A program made the position numbers and the translations under genes. A stretch of 64,000 bases of DNA from Macrostomum hystrix (Eukaryota; Animalia; Platyhelminthes): the NCBI GenBank assembly GCA_950097015.1, contig CATNEN010000007.1:10230001-10294000 (forward strand). Reading direction: 5' to 3'. Shown piece by piece: positions 11,388-64,000 of this stretch. The notes under the pieces were generated by a model, which saw only the letters and a list, made by a program, of their open reading frames with translations, was not told where the DNA came from and searched no databases. Within the stretch, counting starts at the first letter, position 1. Every line of letters starts with the position of its first letter.

Positions 11388-11881
11388 CGGCCGTGCTATG
11401 GACTTTCCGTAGTATCTAGGCTCTACTCTGGAACAGAGGCCGACTGACAGCGCAGGCCGTGAGAACCAATTCGCGAGTGCCAAAGAGGCCAGGGCCGCCG
11501 AGAGACAAAAGCGATGAGGCTGGGCCAGCCAGTCGATCTCGAGCTGCTCGAACAAATTTTCAAGATCCACACGGGAGGGCCGCCCGATCTCGGCCAGGTT
11601 TGCTTCACATTTCGTGCGCCGCTGAGTTACACCCGATGGGCAATGAAGGTCGGCAAGTGAGGGCTATGCTCAGATGTGCTCAGGGTGCACCAGACTCGTG
11701 CATACTGAGCACTAATTATAGTCCATAATTATTGAGACTGAGACTGCAAATAAGGCTCAGTTTGCAATCCAGTTTATTTTTAGCTTTTAATTCGGCAGGA
11801 AAATTGCAACAGCATTATTTTTGTGTCTACAAAATATGAAAGGAGGCCTGTGACACAGCAGCCCATCAAGATCGTCTTCGG

Positions 11882-12866
11882 TCAGGTCGTCAGGGTGGTG
11901 GCGGCCCGCCTCAGCGCGCTGGTGACCGGGTGCGGATCGGCGCATAGCCGCGGACGCGACAGTCGCAGCTGCTGCTTCGGCGGCTGGAAGCGGAGGCCCA
12001 GCGACGGAGCCGTCGATGCCGCTGGCGCCGGACGCCGCAGCAGGCCGATGGAGAAGTCCCGCGGCTGCGGTGGCGGCGGCCCCGGCAGCCATCGAGCGGC
12101 GGTGTCAGAGGCCGTGGCGCCAAGTCGGCGCTGGCGCCATCGGCGTTGGCTGACACTGTCATCGTCAAAATCATTGACGTCCTCACCAGTTGTCGAAGTT
12201 TTTGCTGGGACAGGCAGCGGCGGGGGCGGCAGCTGCTGCGAGACGAAGCGGCGACCCGCGGACGCGCCTTCGCTGAATGCCGTTCTGAGGAGCTGCGAAG
12301 TCGCTGCCTTCGCTGCGCCAGCTGTTTTCGCCTCCGGCTGCAGCATCGGCGGCTGGCGTCCACCTTGTCGCCGACGGCGAGGGCGCCTCTTCCGCTGCGG
12401 TTGCGGCAGCGCGAGGCTGGCAGACAGAGAGGCTGTTGGAAGAAGAAAAATTGACACAATTAATACGGCCAGATTCAATTAGCAAGTAGTATTAAAATGT
12501 TTTTTAAACATTTTATTTGAAATACCCCCGTGTTCTTCCCCAGGGGGAATAGCATGGTCTTTCTACTCTATTGGTGCTATTTGGTAGGTATAGGATTCGT
12601 CCCAGCCAAGCACCTTCCATCTGACGCTGCAGCCGCTGCCGCTCGGCAACGGCCAGCGGCTCCGCCTCATCCTCGTCGCCATTCGCGATCGCGCCGAACA
12701 GCGGGCAGACGAGGCCGTCGATGTCGGCGAAGCTGACAAAGGCCTCGCGCCGGTGAGCCAGGAGGTCCAGCTCGCTGCCAGCTGCCAGATGCTGCTCGTG
12801 CAGGTGCAGGCCGCACACCTGGCGCCGGCGAAGTAGCTGGCGGACCAGATCCCGGTCCGGCTGCAT
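11882..12866 (-). CDS. Hypothetical 2-exon gene (~267 aa); exons 12866-12614 and 12432-11882
   Basis: Two GC-rich, GC3-biased ORF segments separated by an AT-rich 181-nt gap with GAAG|GTGCT...CTTCCAACAG|CC joining in phase 1. N-terminal half is globular-looking, C-terminal half is Pro/Arg-rich with RKRRPRRRR. No family recognised. Confidence 0.55.
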
Positions 12867-13248
12867 TCTGAGCAACTGTCGACAAGAAGTCCACAATGGC
12901 GGACAGGGCTATGGCAAAACAGGCCTCTCTTGTCTCCTTTTCTCGCACCCGCCAAATAAATGCAGCAGCAATGGCGCCACCCCTGCAGCGCAGAGAAAGC
13001 TGCTGTGAGAGCATAAATTATTTGCTAACTTTTAAGCAGTCTTCTGCAAGCTCAAGTCAGGGGGCCTGTGTAATAAGAGCGGAGCCTGTTTCTCCCCCAG
13101 CTTTCATTCCCTCTGTGAGCTTCCTGTGTTTGCCATTTTGAGTCCACTCTGAGCTGACGCTGCTCAACAATGCTGCCTGTGAGAACTGCGCGTGGGGGGA
13201 GAGGCTGACTGCACAGCCTAGACTCTGGCCGCTAACTAAAGCTGTGCT

Positions 13249-13784
13249 GGTTCTACCGCTGAAACTGCACCGGTTCTACCGCTGAAACTGTACCGGTTCT
13301 AACGCTGAAACTGCACCGGTTCTACCGCTGAAACTGCACCGGTTCTACCGCTGAAACTGCACCGGTTCTACCGCTGAAACTGCACCGGTTCTACCGCTGA
13401 AACTGCACCGGTTCTACCGCTGAAACTGCACCGGTTCTACCGCTGAAACTGCACCGGTTCTACCGCTGAAACTGCACTGGTTCTACCGCTGAAACTGCAC
13501 CGGTTCTACCGCTGAAACTGCACCGGTTCTACCGTTGAAACTGCACCGGTTCTACCGCTGAAACTGCACCGGTTCTACCGCTGAAACTGCACCGGTTCTA
13601 CCGCTGAAACTGCACCGGTTCTACCGCTGAAACTGCACCGGTTCTACCGCTGAAACTGCACCGGTTCTACCGCTGAAACTGCACCGGTTCTACCGCTGAA
13701 ACTGCACCGGTTCTACCGCTGAAACTGCACCGGTTCTACCGCTGAAACTGCACCGGTTCTACCGCTGAAACTGCACCGGTTCTA
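13249..13784. repeat. 23-bp minisatellite GGTTCTACCGCTGAAACTGCACC, ~23 copies
   Basis: Near-perfect tandem units. Confidence 0.97.
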
Positions 13785-14329
13785 GAAAAGTAGCAAATGA
13801 ACTGACAAAGGAAGTTGCAGCACTGGAGAGTTGAATATGCAGTAATTGTACTGACTGATGGACAACTTGTTTTGTAAAATTATCTGCTTATATTTAGCAA
13901 TTTAGTAGGAAATATAATTGGAAAAAAATTAGCCAATTGAATCAATTTGATCAGCAACTACAGGCCGTGAATACTCGGGTGGTCCAAAGTTCTAACTCTG
14001 CATGGTATAGTGAAAGATCCCCGGTGCTCTGGTCCTTAGCCGAGTCCCACCCGAATGGGTCACAAAAACAGACTCAAAGCAGGCATGGGTCTCGGCGGTA
14101 TCCGTGTACAGGGCTGGCACTAGCTAGCTAGGATTTCCAGCTCGCATTAGCTGGCAGTGCGGGTAAGATAGCAGTTTGAGTTTAGTTAGCTCAGACCCCG
14201 CGAAAAGAAACTGTCCATAGAAAAGCAATTAATAGTGATAAGAGTAGCAATAATTGGTTTGCGGTAGAGCTAAAATAATGAGGCGAGGGCGAATGGCCCG
14301 CCTGCTCAGGACTGCCTGAGGCGCCGCGC

Positions 14330-14837
14330 ACCACTACCAGCCACGTGTTCTCACTACCAGCCACGTGTTCTCACTACCAGCCACGCGACTCTCACTACCA
14401 GCCACGTGACTCTCACTACCAGCCACGTGACTCTCACTACCAGCCACGTGTTCTCACTACCAGTCACGTGACTCCCACTACCAGCCACGTGTTCTCACTA
14501 CCAGCCACGTGTTCTCACTACCAGCCACGTGACTCTCACTACCAGCCACGTGACTCTCACTACCAGCCACGTGACTCTCACTACCAGCCACGTGACTCTC
14601 ACTACCAGCCACGTGACTCTCACTACCAGCCACGTGACTCTCACTACCAGTCACTTGACTCTCACTACCAGCCACGTGACTCTCAATACCAGCCACGTGA
14701 CTCTCACTACCAGTCACGTGACTCTCACTACCAGCCACGTGACTCTCACTACCAGCCACGTGACTCTCACTACCAGCCACGTGACTCTCACTACCAGTCA
14801 CGCGACTCTCACTACCAGTCACGTGACTCTCACTACC
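14330..14837. repeat. 21-bp minisatellite CCAGCCACGTGACTCTCACTA, ~24 copies, containing the CACGTG E-box
   Basis: Tandem units; they explain the spurious HYQPRDS ORFs. Confidence 0.96.
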
Positions 14838-15714
14838 TGGGCTGTGGCGCCACGGACCCTCAGCGGCAAACAAGCAGGAGTCAGTGTCAGGTTCAGCAGG
14901 GACTCGGTGGAGCGGGCCAGGGCGACGCGGGATGGCTAATACTGAGGCGTTGCACAAAAACACGCATCACCCTACTGCCTATAGTAGTAGAAGGAGTACA
15001 TCGATTAGCGAAAACAAGCCTAGGCATGCTAGAATTAAATATTGACAAAAGCAGAGTGAGAAAGTGCCAAAGAGAGTAGGAGAACTTTGCAGCTGCTGGG
15101 GAGGGGGGCAGTTTATCGACATGAGCTACTCGCCTGAAACTCGGTCAGGCCCAAGGCAACGCGGCGAGCATGCAGAAAGGCTTATTTAAAAAAAAGTAGA
15201 ATAGAATAGTCGGTAAAACCAAAAACTGAAAATTTCTCCTCCTCCTCATGAACTAAAAAAAGCAAAGAGAGATTTCTCTAGTTAAAAATCTGCGAACGAA
15301 AAAAGGATTGTAGATAAATAAAAAACAATTTATAAAAAATGGCGTACAATAAGAGCGAAACACAGCTGGGAGCGGGCAGGTTGAGTACAGGTGTGAGTGC
15401 CTAGTGTAGCTACAGATTCTTGCAACAGGTAAAGCAGAGTGTGGAACACAGTAAGCTGGCATTGCAAGCCGATGATGAGAGGAACTGGTCGGGACTGGGC
15501 GACCAATGCAGGTAAATGAAGGCAGACTTAGCTAGAGCAGTTAGCAATTGGTACTAGTGACTGATTGGTTGGTTGGTTTTGATTTAAGTCTAAATATTAA
15601 ATAACGCCTTGCATAAAAACCTTTGCGTTATCTCTAGCGTGCAAAAAACAAGGGCTAGCGGTAAACGGACCGACCAAAAAATCGATTAAATTTTATTGGC
15701 TGACTGACTGATTA

Positions 15715-15915
15715 TTGATTGATCGATCGATTGATAACTTGTATTGGTCGATCGATAACTGGATTAACCGATCGATAATTTTATTAACCGATCGATAATT
15801 GTATAAACCAATCGATAATAAGATTAGGTGATAGATAAGAAGAATTTTTCGATCGATTGCAGACTAATTTTGATCTGTCGATCGATAATTTGCTTGGTTC
15901 AATAAATCGATCGTT
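15715..15915. repeat. Degenerate ATCGAT/GATCGATAA repeats just downstream of the filamin stop codon (probable 3' UTR)
   Basis: Repeated CGATCGATAA motifs at ~20-bp spacing. Confidence 0.65.
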
Positions 15916-16000
15916 CGCACCGCAGAAAAAACTAAACAGCGGGTAAGACCTATGGGTTCAAAATTTGAGAATTGTTCTTCGGCTTTTCCTAGAACTCGCA

Positions 16001-56981
<40,981 letters not shown>

Positions 56982-59900
56982 TGCAGGAAGTTGACGCTCT
57001 AAAACAAATTTAAAACTAGAGAATGAGACAAATTTTCTTTAAGAAAGTAAACGATATTTTATTGAAATGAATATTAATTTTAGTTACTTAAATAGTTATA
57101 AATACTACACTTTTTGCAATTACAAACGCTTATATTTTAGATATCGTTTGTGGTCAAGTCATGTAACTTAAAATTAATAAATAATATTGGTAAATGTGAC
57201 ATGAAACTATAGTGACTCACACCGATACCAAACTAGCAATAACTTTTCAGTATCGTTTACCAAATTGAAGTCAATTTGCCCATCATAAAGTAAAAATATA
57301 ATACACAGCTATGCTTTGGCTAGCTATAGGCACACTTCGCCAATGATCATGAAAAATGTTGGAACCATAGACGAATCACGAAAAAGTGCATTCAAGTTTG
57401 CCCATCGCTAAAACGCACCCTAGATAAAGATAGCCCACCACCCATATTATACTGGCGTCAAGAATTGCCATCAACAATTGAGAATATTTTATCAGTAATT
57501 TCCATACTAATTGTCATGGGCAAAATTCATTCCAGTTTTGGCTAAAAATGGAATGAAGAATGACAGATTTGTGTTGCTCCAGAAATAATAATGACTGGAC
57601 GGAAGCTGAGTCAAGATTAATTAATACCTGTTATATTTTTATGCAGACAAAATGAAGTTTTGGTAAATTTAGGACTGCAAAAAAATCAATGCAAACTCGT
57701 TTCGTTAACTCATTCGTTAATACACTGAGACAATATCCAAATAAAGGGAGTAAATTTGATATCATATGCTACTTATAAATAGTCTTTAAGTTATTGGTAG
57801 TTAATATTCATTCATTGTTTTAGTGCTAAAATTAATCGGCGATTCTCCTCGCGTTGTAGAAATATAAGATTTTTCGACATCGACCATGCAGTAATCATTT
57901 AACGTAGTCGTTATTGACTCACTCCAAAATTAGAGTCAAACGAGAATAAACAGCTGAATGCAAGTGCAACCCATGTGGAAAGCCAATGGTAGACTTCAAC
58001 AGTAATCAAGTCCAATTAGTGGGACTAAAGTAACTTCTACTAATAATCTGGGTATAATCAACAATAGTATAAGAATTGTATCCTAATGAATAATTTGGTA
58101 CAACTGTACATTTTTTATTTAAACCCAAGCTTACAAAATACAGTCAGTTCTGTCTGCATGACCAAGACGGTTAAACAGCTTCTCTGTGAACTCATGCGAA
58201 AATCTACGCTCAGGTGTTTTCCCATAATTGAACATGTAAAATCTAAATTGGTTTTTTATTTACATTTCGTGTGCAGACAGGTCAGACAGGTGATGCGTAA
58301 TTGCTGCTAGGTGGGAGATTAGTCATAAAGATGCGTCAGCGGTGAAAGAATAGCTTTGCCCAAATCGAGCGAACTCGGTTTGTGCACTTGGCACCGCTAA
58401 AATGTACGTCCTTAAAATCTACAGACCTACAGACGGCTGAACACATTAGCTATTCTGAAGCTGACAGGCTCCGCAAATCTAATCTGGAGTCTAAGACTCA
58501 GCTCAGCGTTGGCCATGCAGCATGCAAAACTCAGCGGTGGCTTACGGAAACGGAGAAGAACAAAATCTGCAGTCGCAGGAAGTGCTGAGACGGACGAATG
58601 CGCGACGTCAAGACGCAAAACTACTTCGCAATGGGAAGCAGTTGGAGGCAGGCGGGGCAAGCCGAGTTTTTGGCAGGAGGGCGGCTTACATGGAGGCTGG
58701 GACCGCGCACACCTCAGCGGACCCTGCCATATTAGTCAGAGAATCAATAAGGGCTAGACTTGGGCGGGAATCCTGCAGGCTTTCCCTACCGCTCGGTTCG
58801 GCCAGCTGGGGAGGGGGGCAGCGGGGAAAAAATGCCTTCCAGCCTTCCAATCTGGGTCCGCCAGCAGTGGTGGTGTCTGATTGTTCATTTCCTCACTGGC
58901 AGAGAGCGCTGCGCTGCTGCAACCAAAACAGCCGGGCGCAGACAATCTCCAAGCAGAAACATTGGGCACAAGGAGGAGAGGCGCAGCGCACTGCCGTACG
59001 CAACAGGAGCCGCTGGTGAGGGAGGCGAGAGGCGGGCTGCGCTTTATTGATCGGCGGAGCGGATGGGACGGAAACGGATCGAGACGGTGGCGGCGGCTGC
59101 GACAGCATTTGTTCAATCCAGGTATCGCCATTTTTGGTCTCCTCTTCTTAAGCCCCGCGGCCAGGTTTCGGAATCCTTGAAGAGCATGGTTTCCCGGCAT
59201 GCCTCTAGTAATAAATATGTCCGATTTGGCATCCCATAGTCCCATGGAGATGGGAACCTGCGCCAGGAGCATTGTGGCGAAATCGGGATAACTGATAATC
59301 TGGATAGCAACCGGGCAAAGGAGAATAAAAGTGCGCGCAAGTCATAGACAGTTGTCGAGAAAAACAGTCTCGGTTCACAAAGATGGCTGCTTTGGTAGCG
59401 CGGACGCAAAGATAATGCTTGGGTAAATGTATTTGATTGGTGTTAATGCAGCTAAAATCAAAGATGGAGCAAATGTTAAAAAAGACGTAGATGACTCTGC
59501 GATCGCCAAGATGCTGCAGCCTCTCACTCTGGCCTCACTAGAGAATGAGTAAAGAGAGCTGAGCATCTCTGCAATGGTTGAGTCGACTGGCAATGGTGCT
59601 CAATCAAAAAAAAATTCAAAGTAAAATGTGACTTACAGAAGTACGAGTAAAAAACGGATAGTAGGGATAATTAGGAAAACAAAGCTGCATAATGCGCATT
59701 ATCAGGTAAAAATATAGGTTGTCAGTAAAAAAACTGGAGCACCTGGAAACTTTGCAAAAAAAATAAAGAAAAAACTTTTGCGCAAAAATAACAAACTGTT
59801 TCGTCAGAGAGAACTATATAATAATAAATCGCACAAACCAGGCCGAAACGAACTCATCAAGGCAAAATGCGCGGAACAGCGACCGTTTCTGATCTTAATC

Positions 59901-60401
59901 AGGTCACTCAACTTCTCAAAAGAGCAACAAATGTCTTTTGTTATACTTTTACGGCAGTTTTTTTAGAAAATCATTTGAATCAGACAGAACACTTTGCAAA
60001 GAAAATGTAAAATGCGCAAAAAATAGACGAAATAACTCGACATTTGCTATAACAGACACGACATACGAGGGTATGGCTGGCCAGAACTGGCCAAAACTTT
60101 GCCTAATGACGACTTAGCAACACAAGACCGGCTAAAGGGATTCCAACAAGTGAGAATATCCTGAATGGATCCCACCAAGTGTTAATATTCTGACGGGAAT
60201 TTCACCAAGTAAGAACTCTATGGGCTCCTAATTCGACCAACAGGGGTATTGATCCAACAGGTTAGACGGGGATTACCCCAGTGAAACTATTTACAGGAAA
60301 ATCTCCACATTACAGGACTGCATATTTTTCAATGGCTGATAAATTAGTTTGCAAGCTTTTTAAAAGTATTTTTTAGTGATTTAAGTGAAGAACGCACATG
60401 C

Positions 60402-63400
60402 CTAAGACTTGCACTTGCGCACGTTAGGCGGAAGACGCTCTTTAGAAAAATCGTCGATTGCTTTAGCGATCGCTCGTTTATAGGGCCCCTTGTCCTTTGT
60501 CTGTAACACCAAGGCCGGATAGGCACAAGAGCTGTTCTTGTCCGGCCGGAGCACGGCCTTGATGTGGCCCACCTGCGGCTGATTAAAAAAACGATCTCGA
60601 CTAACGAGCTGAATTTTACCAACCAACTGCTTGTCCATCCATCGAACACGGATGGTTGCCGTAGCTTCGATAGCCGTAGCGCACGACTCCTCGCCTTGGG
60701 ATGCCGGCAAGATCTTACTTCCGAGCGACTTTCGAGCATCCGTCGTTCGAAGACTCCGAATCGGCTCCGAACGCTCATAATCAGGCGCTGGCAACTGATT
60801 TTCCTTTGACTGCCTGTCTTTGGGCGCCTGTGCCTTTGAAATGGCTGGTTTCAGCATTTCAGCCTCCGCTTTCGACTGGACAGGTATCTTCATCTTCGCC
60901 TCCGACTCTGTCGGCTTCTTGGTCTTCGCCTCCGACTCTGTCGGCTTCTTGGTCTTCGCCTCAGACTCTGTGGGCTTTTTGGTCTTCGCCTCCGACTCTG
61001 TGGGCTTCATGGTCTTCGCCTCAGACTCTGTGGGCTTTTTGGTCTTCGCCTCCGACTCTGTGGGCTTTTTGTTCTTCGCCTCCGACTCTGTGGACTTTTT
61101 GGTCTTCGCCTCAGACTCTGTGGGCTTCATGGTCTTCGCCTCCGACTCTGTGGGCTTTTTGGTCTTCGCCTCCGACTCTGTGGGCTTTTTGATCTTCGCC
61201 TCCGACTCTTTGGGCTTTTTGATCTTCGCCTCCGACTCTGTGGGCTTTTTGGTCTTCGCCTCCGACTCTGTCGGCTTCTTGGTCTTCGCCTCCGACAGTG
61301 TGGGCTTCTTGGTCTTCGCCTCCGACTCTGTGGGCTTTTTGATCTTCGCCTCCGACTCTGTGGGCTTTTTGGTCTTCGCCTCCGACTCTGTCGGCTTCTT
61401 GGTCTTCGCCTCAGACTCTGTGGGTTTCATGGTCTTCGCCTCAGACTCTGTGGGCTTTTTGGTCTTCGCCTCCGACTCTGTCGGTTTCTTGGTCTTCGCC
61501 TCAGACTCTGTGGGCTTCATGGTTTTCGCCTCCGACTCTGTGGGCTTTTTGGTCTTCGCCTCCGACTCTGTGGGCTTTTTGATCTTCGCCTCCGACTCTG
61601 TGGGCTTCTTTGTGACGACCTCCAGTTCAAGTGAGCACTTCCAGACCCCATTAGGCAGAACCGCGTCAGAGTAACTGTCAATAGCCTCCGAAATATCGCC
61701 ATTGAATGGGCCTTCGTCCTGCGTCTGCACAATGAGTGCCGGGTAGGCACGCGCGGTTATCTTATTCGGCCAACGAACAGGCTGGATGTGGCCGACCTGC
61801 GGCGTCTTAAAGCACCGACCTTCGGACACGAACTGATGCTCACCAAAAAAATTCTTGTCCAACCAGCGCACAAGAACGCGATTTTTATGAGTCTGCTTCT
61901 GGTTCGCCGATACGACTTTCTCGTTGTTGTCAGGGGGCTGCTGTGCATCCTCAGTTGACGATAAATGAAAATTGACTCTTGTTCGTTTGACAGGTGGTTG
62001 ATTAAAAGAGTCCACAGTAAGTGACTTCTTTGTTGCGTGTTTAACCGGACTTTTATTTGATTCAACTTCCTCCGCTATTTCTGCTTCTGGTTCAATAGGC
62101 TTCTCAATCTCTGACACGGACTCAAGTAGCTTCTCCACAACTGCGTCCGACTTCACGGGCTTCTTCGCCACGCCCTGCATCTCAAATGGGCACTTCCAGA
62201 CCCCTGGAGGAAGAATCTCGTCAGAGTAGCTATCAACAGCCTGCGAAATATCGTCAGTAAATGGGCCTTCATCCTGGGTCTGCATGATCAGTGCCGGATA
62301 AGCGCGCGCGGTATTCGTCTTTGGCCAGCGAACGGGCTGGATTTGGCCAACACGCGGCGTAATAAAGCACCGACCTTCGGAAACAAACCCATGCTCACCA
62401 TCAAAATTCTTGTCCAACCAGCACACGAGAACAGCATTTTTAAAAGGCGCACGTAATCGGATTGCAGACACAAGAGTTGTGGCTCTTGTCTCTTGGCAAG
62501 CAGACTGAGAAACTCTTGCTTGTTTAGCGGGTGGCGGATTTGACACGAGACATAAACGTGCCTCGTTTATGTTTCGATCATTAAAATTCTTTGAACTATT
62601 AGACGCACGCTTGGACAGTAGAAAAGCTTTGGAAACACGAGAGTTTTCTGACTTCACGGGCTCAGCCTCAACTGGCTTCTCTACGTCTAGTTCGACAGGC
62701 TTATCTACTTCTGGTTCGACAGGTTTATCTGATTCTGGTTCGACAGGCTTATCTGATTCTGGTTCGACAGGCTTCTCTGCTTCCAGTTCATCAGGCGTCT
62801 CTGCTTCCGGTTCATCAGGCATCTCTGCTTCTGGTTCGACAGCCCTCTCTGCTTCTGGTTCGACAAGCTTATCTGCTTCTGGTTCGACAGGCTTCTCTGC
62901 TTCTGGTTCGACAGGCTTATCTGCTTCTGATTCGACAGGCTTCTCTGCTTCTGGTTCGACAGGCTTCTCTGCTTCTGATTCGACAGGCTTATCTGCTTCT
63001 GATTCGACAGGCTTATCTGCTTCTGGTTCGACAAGCTTATCTGCTTCTGATTCGACAGGCTTATCTGCTTCTGGTTCGACAAGCTTATCTGCTTCTGGTT
63101 CGACAGGCTTCTCTGCTTCTGGTTCGACAAGCTTCTCTGCTTCTGGTTCGACAGGCTTCTCTGCTTCTGGTTCGACAGGCTTATCTGCTTCTGATTCGAC
63201 AGGCTTATCTGCTTCTGGTTCGACAGCCCTCTCTGCTTCTGATTCGACAGGCTTATCTGCTTCTGATTCGACAGGCTTCTCTGCTTCTGGTTCGACAAGC
63301 TTATCTGCTTCTGGTTCGACAGGCTTCTCTGCTTCTGGTTCGACAGGCTTCTCTGCTTCTGGTTCGACAAGCTTATCTGCTTCTGATTCGACAAGCTTCT

Positions 63401-64000
63401 CTGCTTCTGGTTCGACAAGCATATCTGCTTCTGGTTCGACAGGCTTATCTGCTTCTGATTCGACAGGCTTATCTGCTTCTGGTTCGACAAGCTTATCTGC
63501 TTCTGGTTCGACAGGCTTCTCTGCTTCTGATTCGACAGGCTTATCTGCTTCTGGTTCGACAAGCTTATCTGCTTCTGGTTCGACAGGCTTCTCTGCTTCT
63601 GGTTCGACAGGCTTCTTTGCATCTGGCTCAAAAGTTTTTCTTGTTTTGCCCACTTGCTCGACGTGCTTTTCTGCTTGCGCAGCTAACTCCGCTGGCCTTT
63701 CATAGTCAGCGGAAGCAGCAGAAGCAGTGACTGAAGACTCAGGACAATGAACAGCAGTAGGTGCCTCATCAGGGATGGTAGTGACTTCGTCCTGCAGAGG
63801 CAATCATTCAGCAAGTCAATTCAGATGAAAATAAAGATCCGAGGACACTAGGAAGCTATGTAAAAAGCAACTGTATGATCAGCACTCACCTCCAGCTCGT
63901 CGCCAGACACAGTTTCATCCGTCTCGTCAGCCTCGACATCAAATTCAACGGTGGTTCGCTCGTCTGTCAATAAAATGTTGCGAATAGCCTCAACCCGAAC
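60402..64000 (-). CDS. Large uncharacterised protein (3' part): PEVK-like 8-aa repeats, three 81-aa globular repeats and 10-aa [10 protein letters not shown] repeats; exons >=64000-63890 and 63791-60402
   Basis: 3390-nt stop-free terminal exon after CTCTGCAG|GAC. The upstream exon ends CTG GAG|GTGAG in phase 0 and is open to the window edge. Non-repetitive parts remain open over more than 500 codons. Start lies outside the window. Confidence 0.85.
60890..61610 (-). repeat. Coding 30-bp repeat ([10 protein letters not shown]), ~24 copies
   Basis: In frame; variation is largely at third positions or T/I/M swaps. Confidence 0.95.
62660..63630 (-). repeat. Coding 24-bp repeat (EPEAEKPV / ESEADKLV), ~40 copies
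   Basis: In-frame tandem units. Confidence 0.95.

Noticed and set aside
11882-12478. Apparent signal peptide MNLAVLIVSIFLLPTA on the 198-aa ORF
   Set aside because: It starts at TTG, and the hydrophobic stretch is the translated polypyrimidine tract and acceptor of the intron ending at 12433.
59205-59240. KYVRFG resembling a flatworm YIRFamide neuropeptide
   Set aside because: Single copy, no basic cleavage site after Gly, and no signal peptide in the short ORF.
60130-60300. Weak ~30-bp degenerate repeat (GGGATTCCAACAAGTGAGAATATCC)
   Set aside because: Too few and too diverged copies to interpret.

Overview
Eukaryotic (animal) genomic DNA with GC-rich exons, GT-AG introns and many intronic minisatellites. 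The style suggests a free-living flatworm such as Macrostomum; this is inference only. From 5' to 3' the window holds: (i) four paralogous short-chain dehydrogenase/reductase (SDR) genes of the RDH11-14/WWOX-like type, three complete 2-exon copies on the minus strand and the 3' end of a plus-strand copy carrying an in-frame TAG; (ii) a 4-exon SLC10 Na+/bile-acid symporter-family gene; (iii) a probable 2-exon orphan gene; (iv) a complete 41-kb filamin gene, for which I traced 20 phase-consistent exons by hand (7623 nt, 2540 aa, CH1-CH2 plus 22 Ig repeats); and (v) the 3' part of a large unannotated gene encoding three copies of an 81-aa domain I do not recognise, with PEVK-like and [10 protein letters not shown] repeat tracts. 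The filamin introns also contain several frame-preserving candidate cassette exons, a 12-nt microexon and a candidate internal first exon that would give an Ig14-22 short isoform. About 25 unrelated tandem-repeat arrays occur, including a 7.2-kb 24-bp satellite with higher-order structure. No rRNA, tRNA, CRISPR array or intact transposase was recognised. All coordinates were read by eye and no database searches were run.
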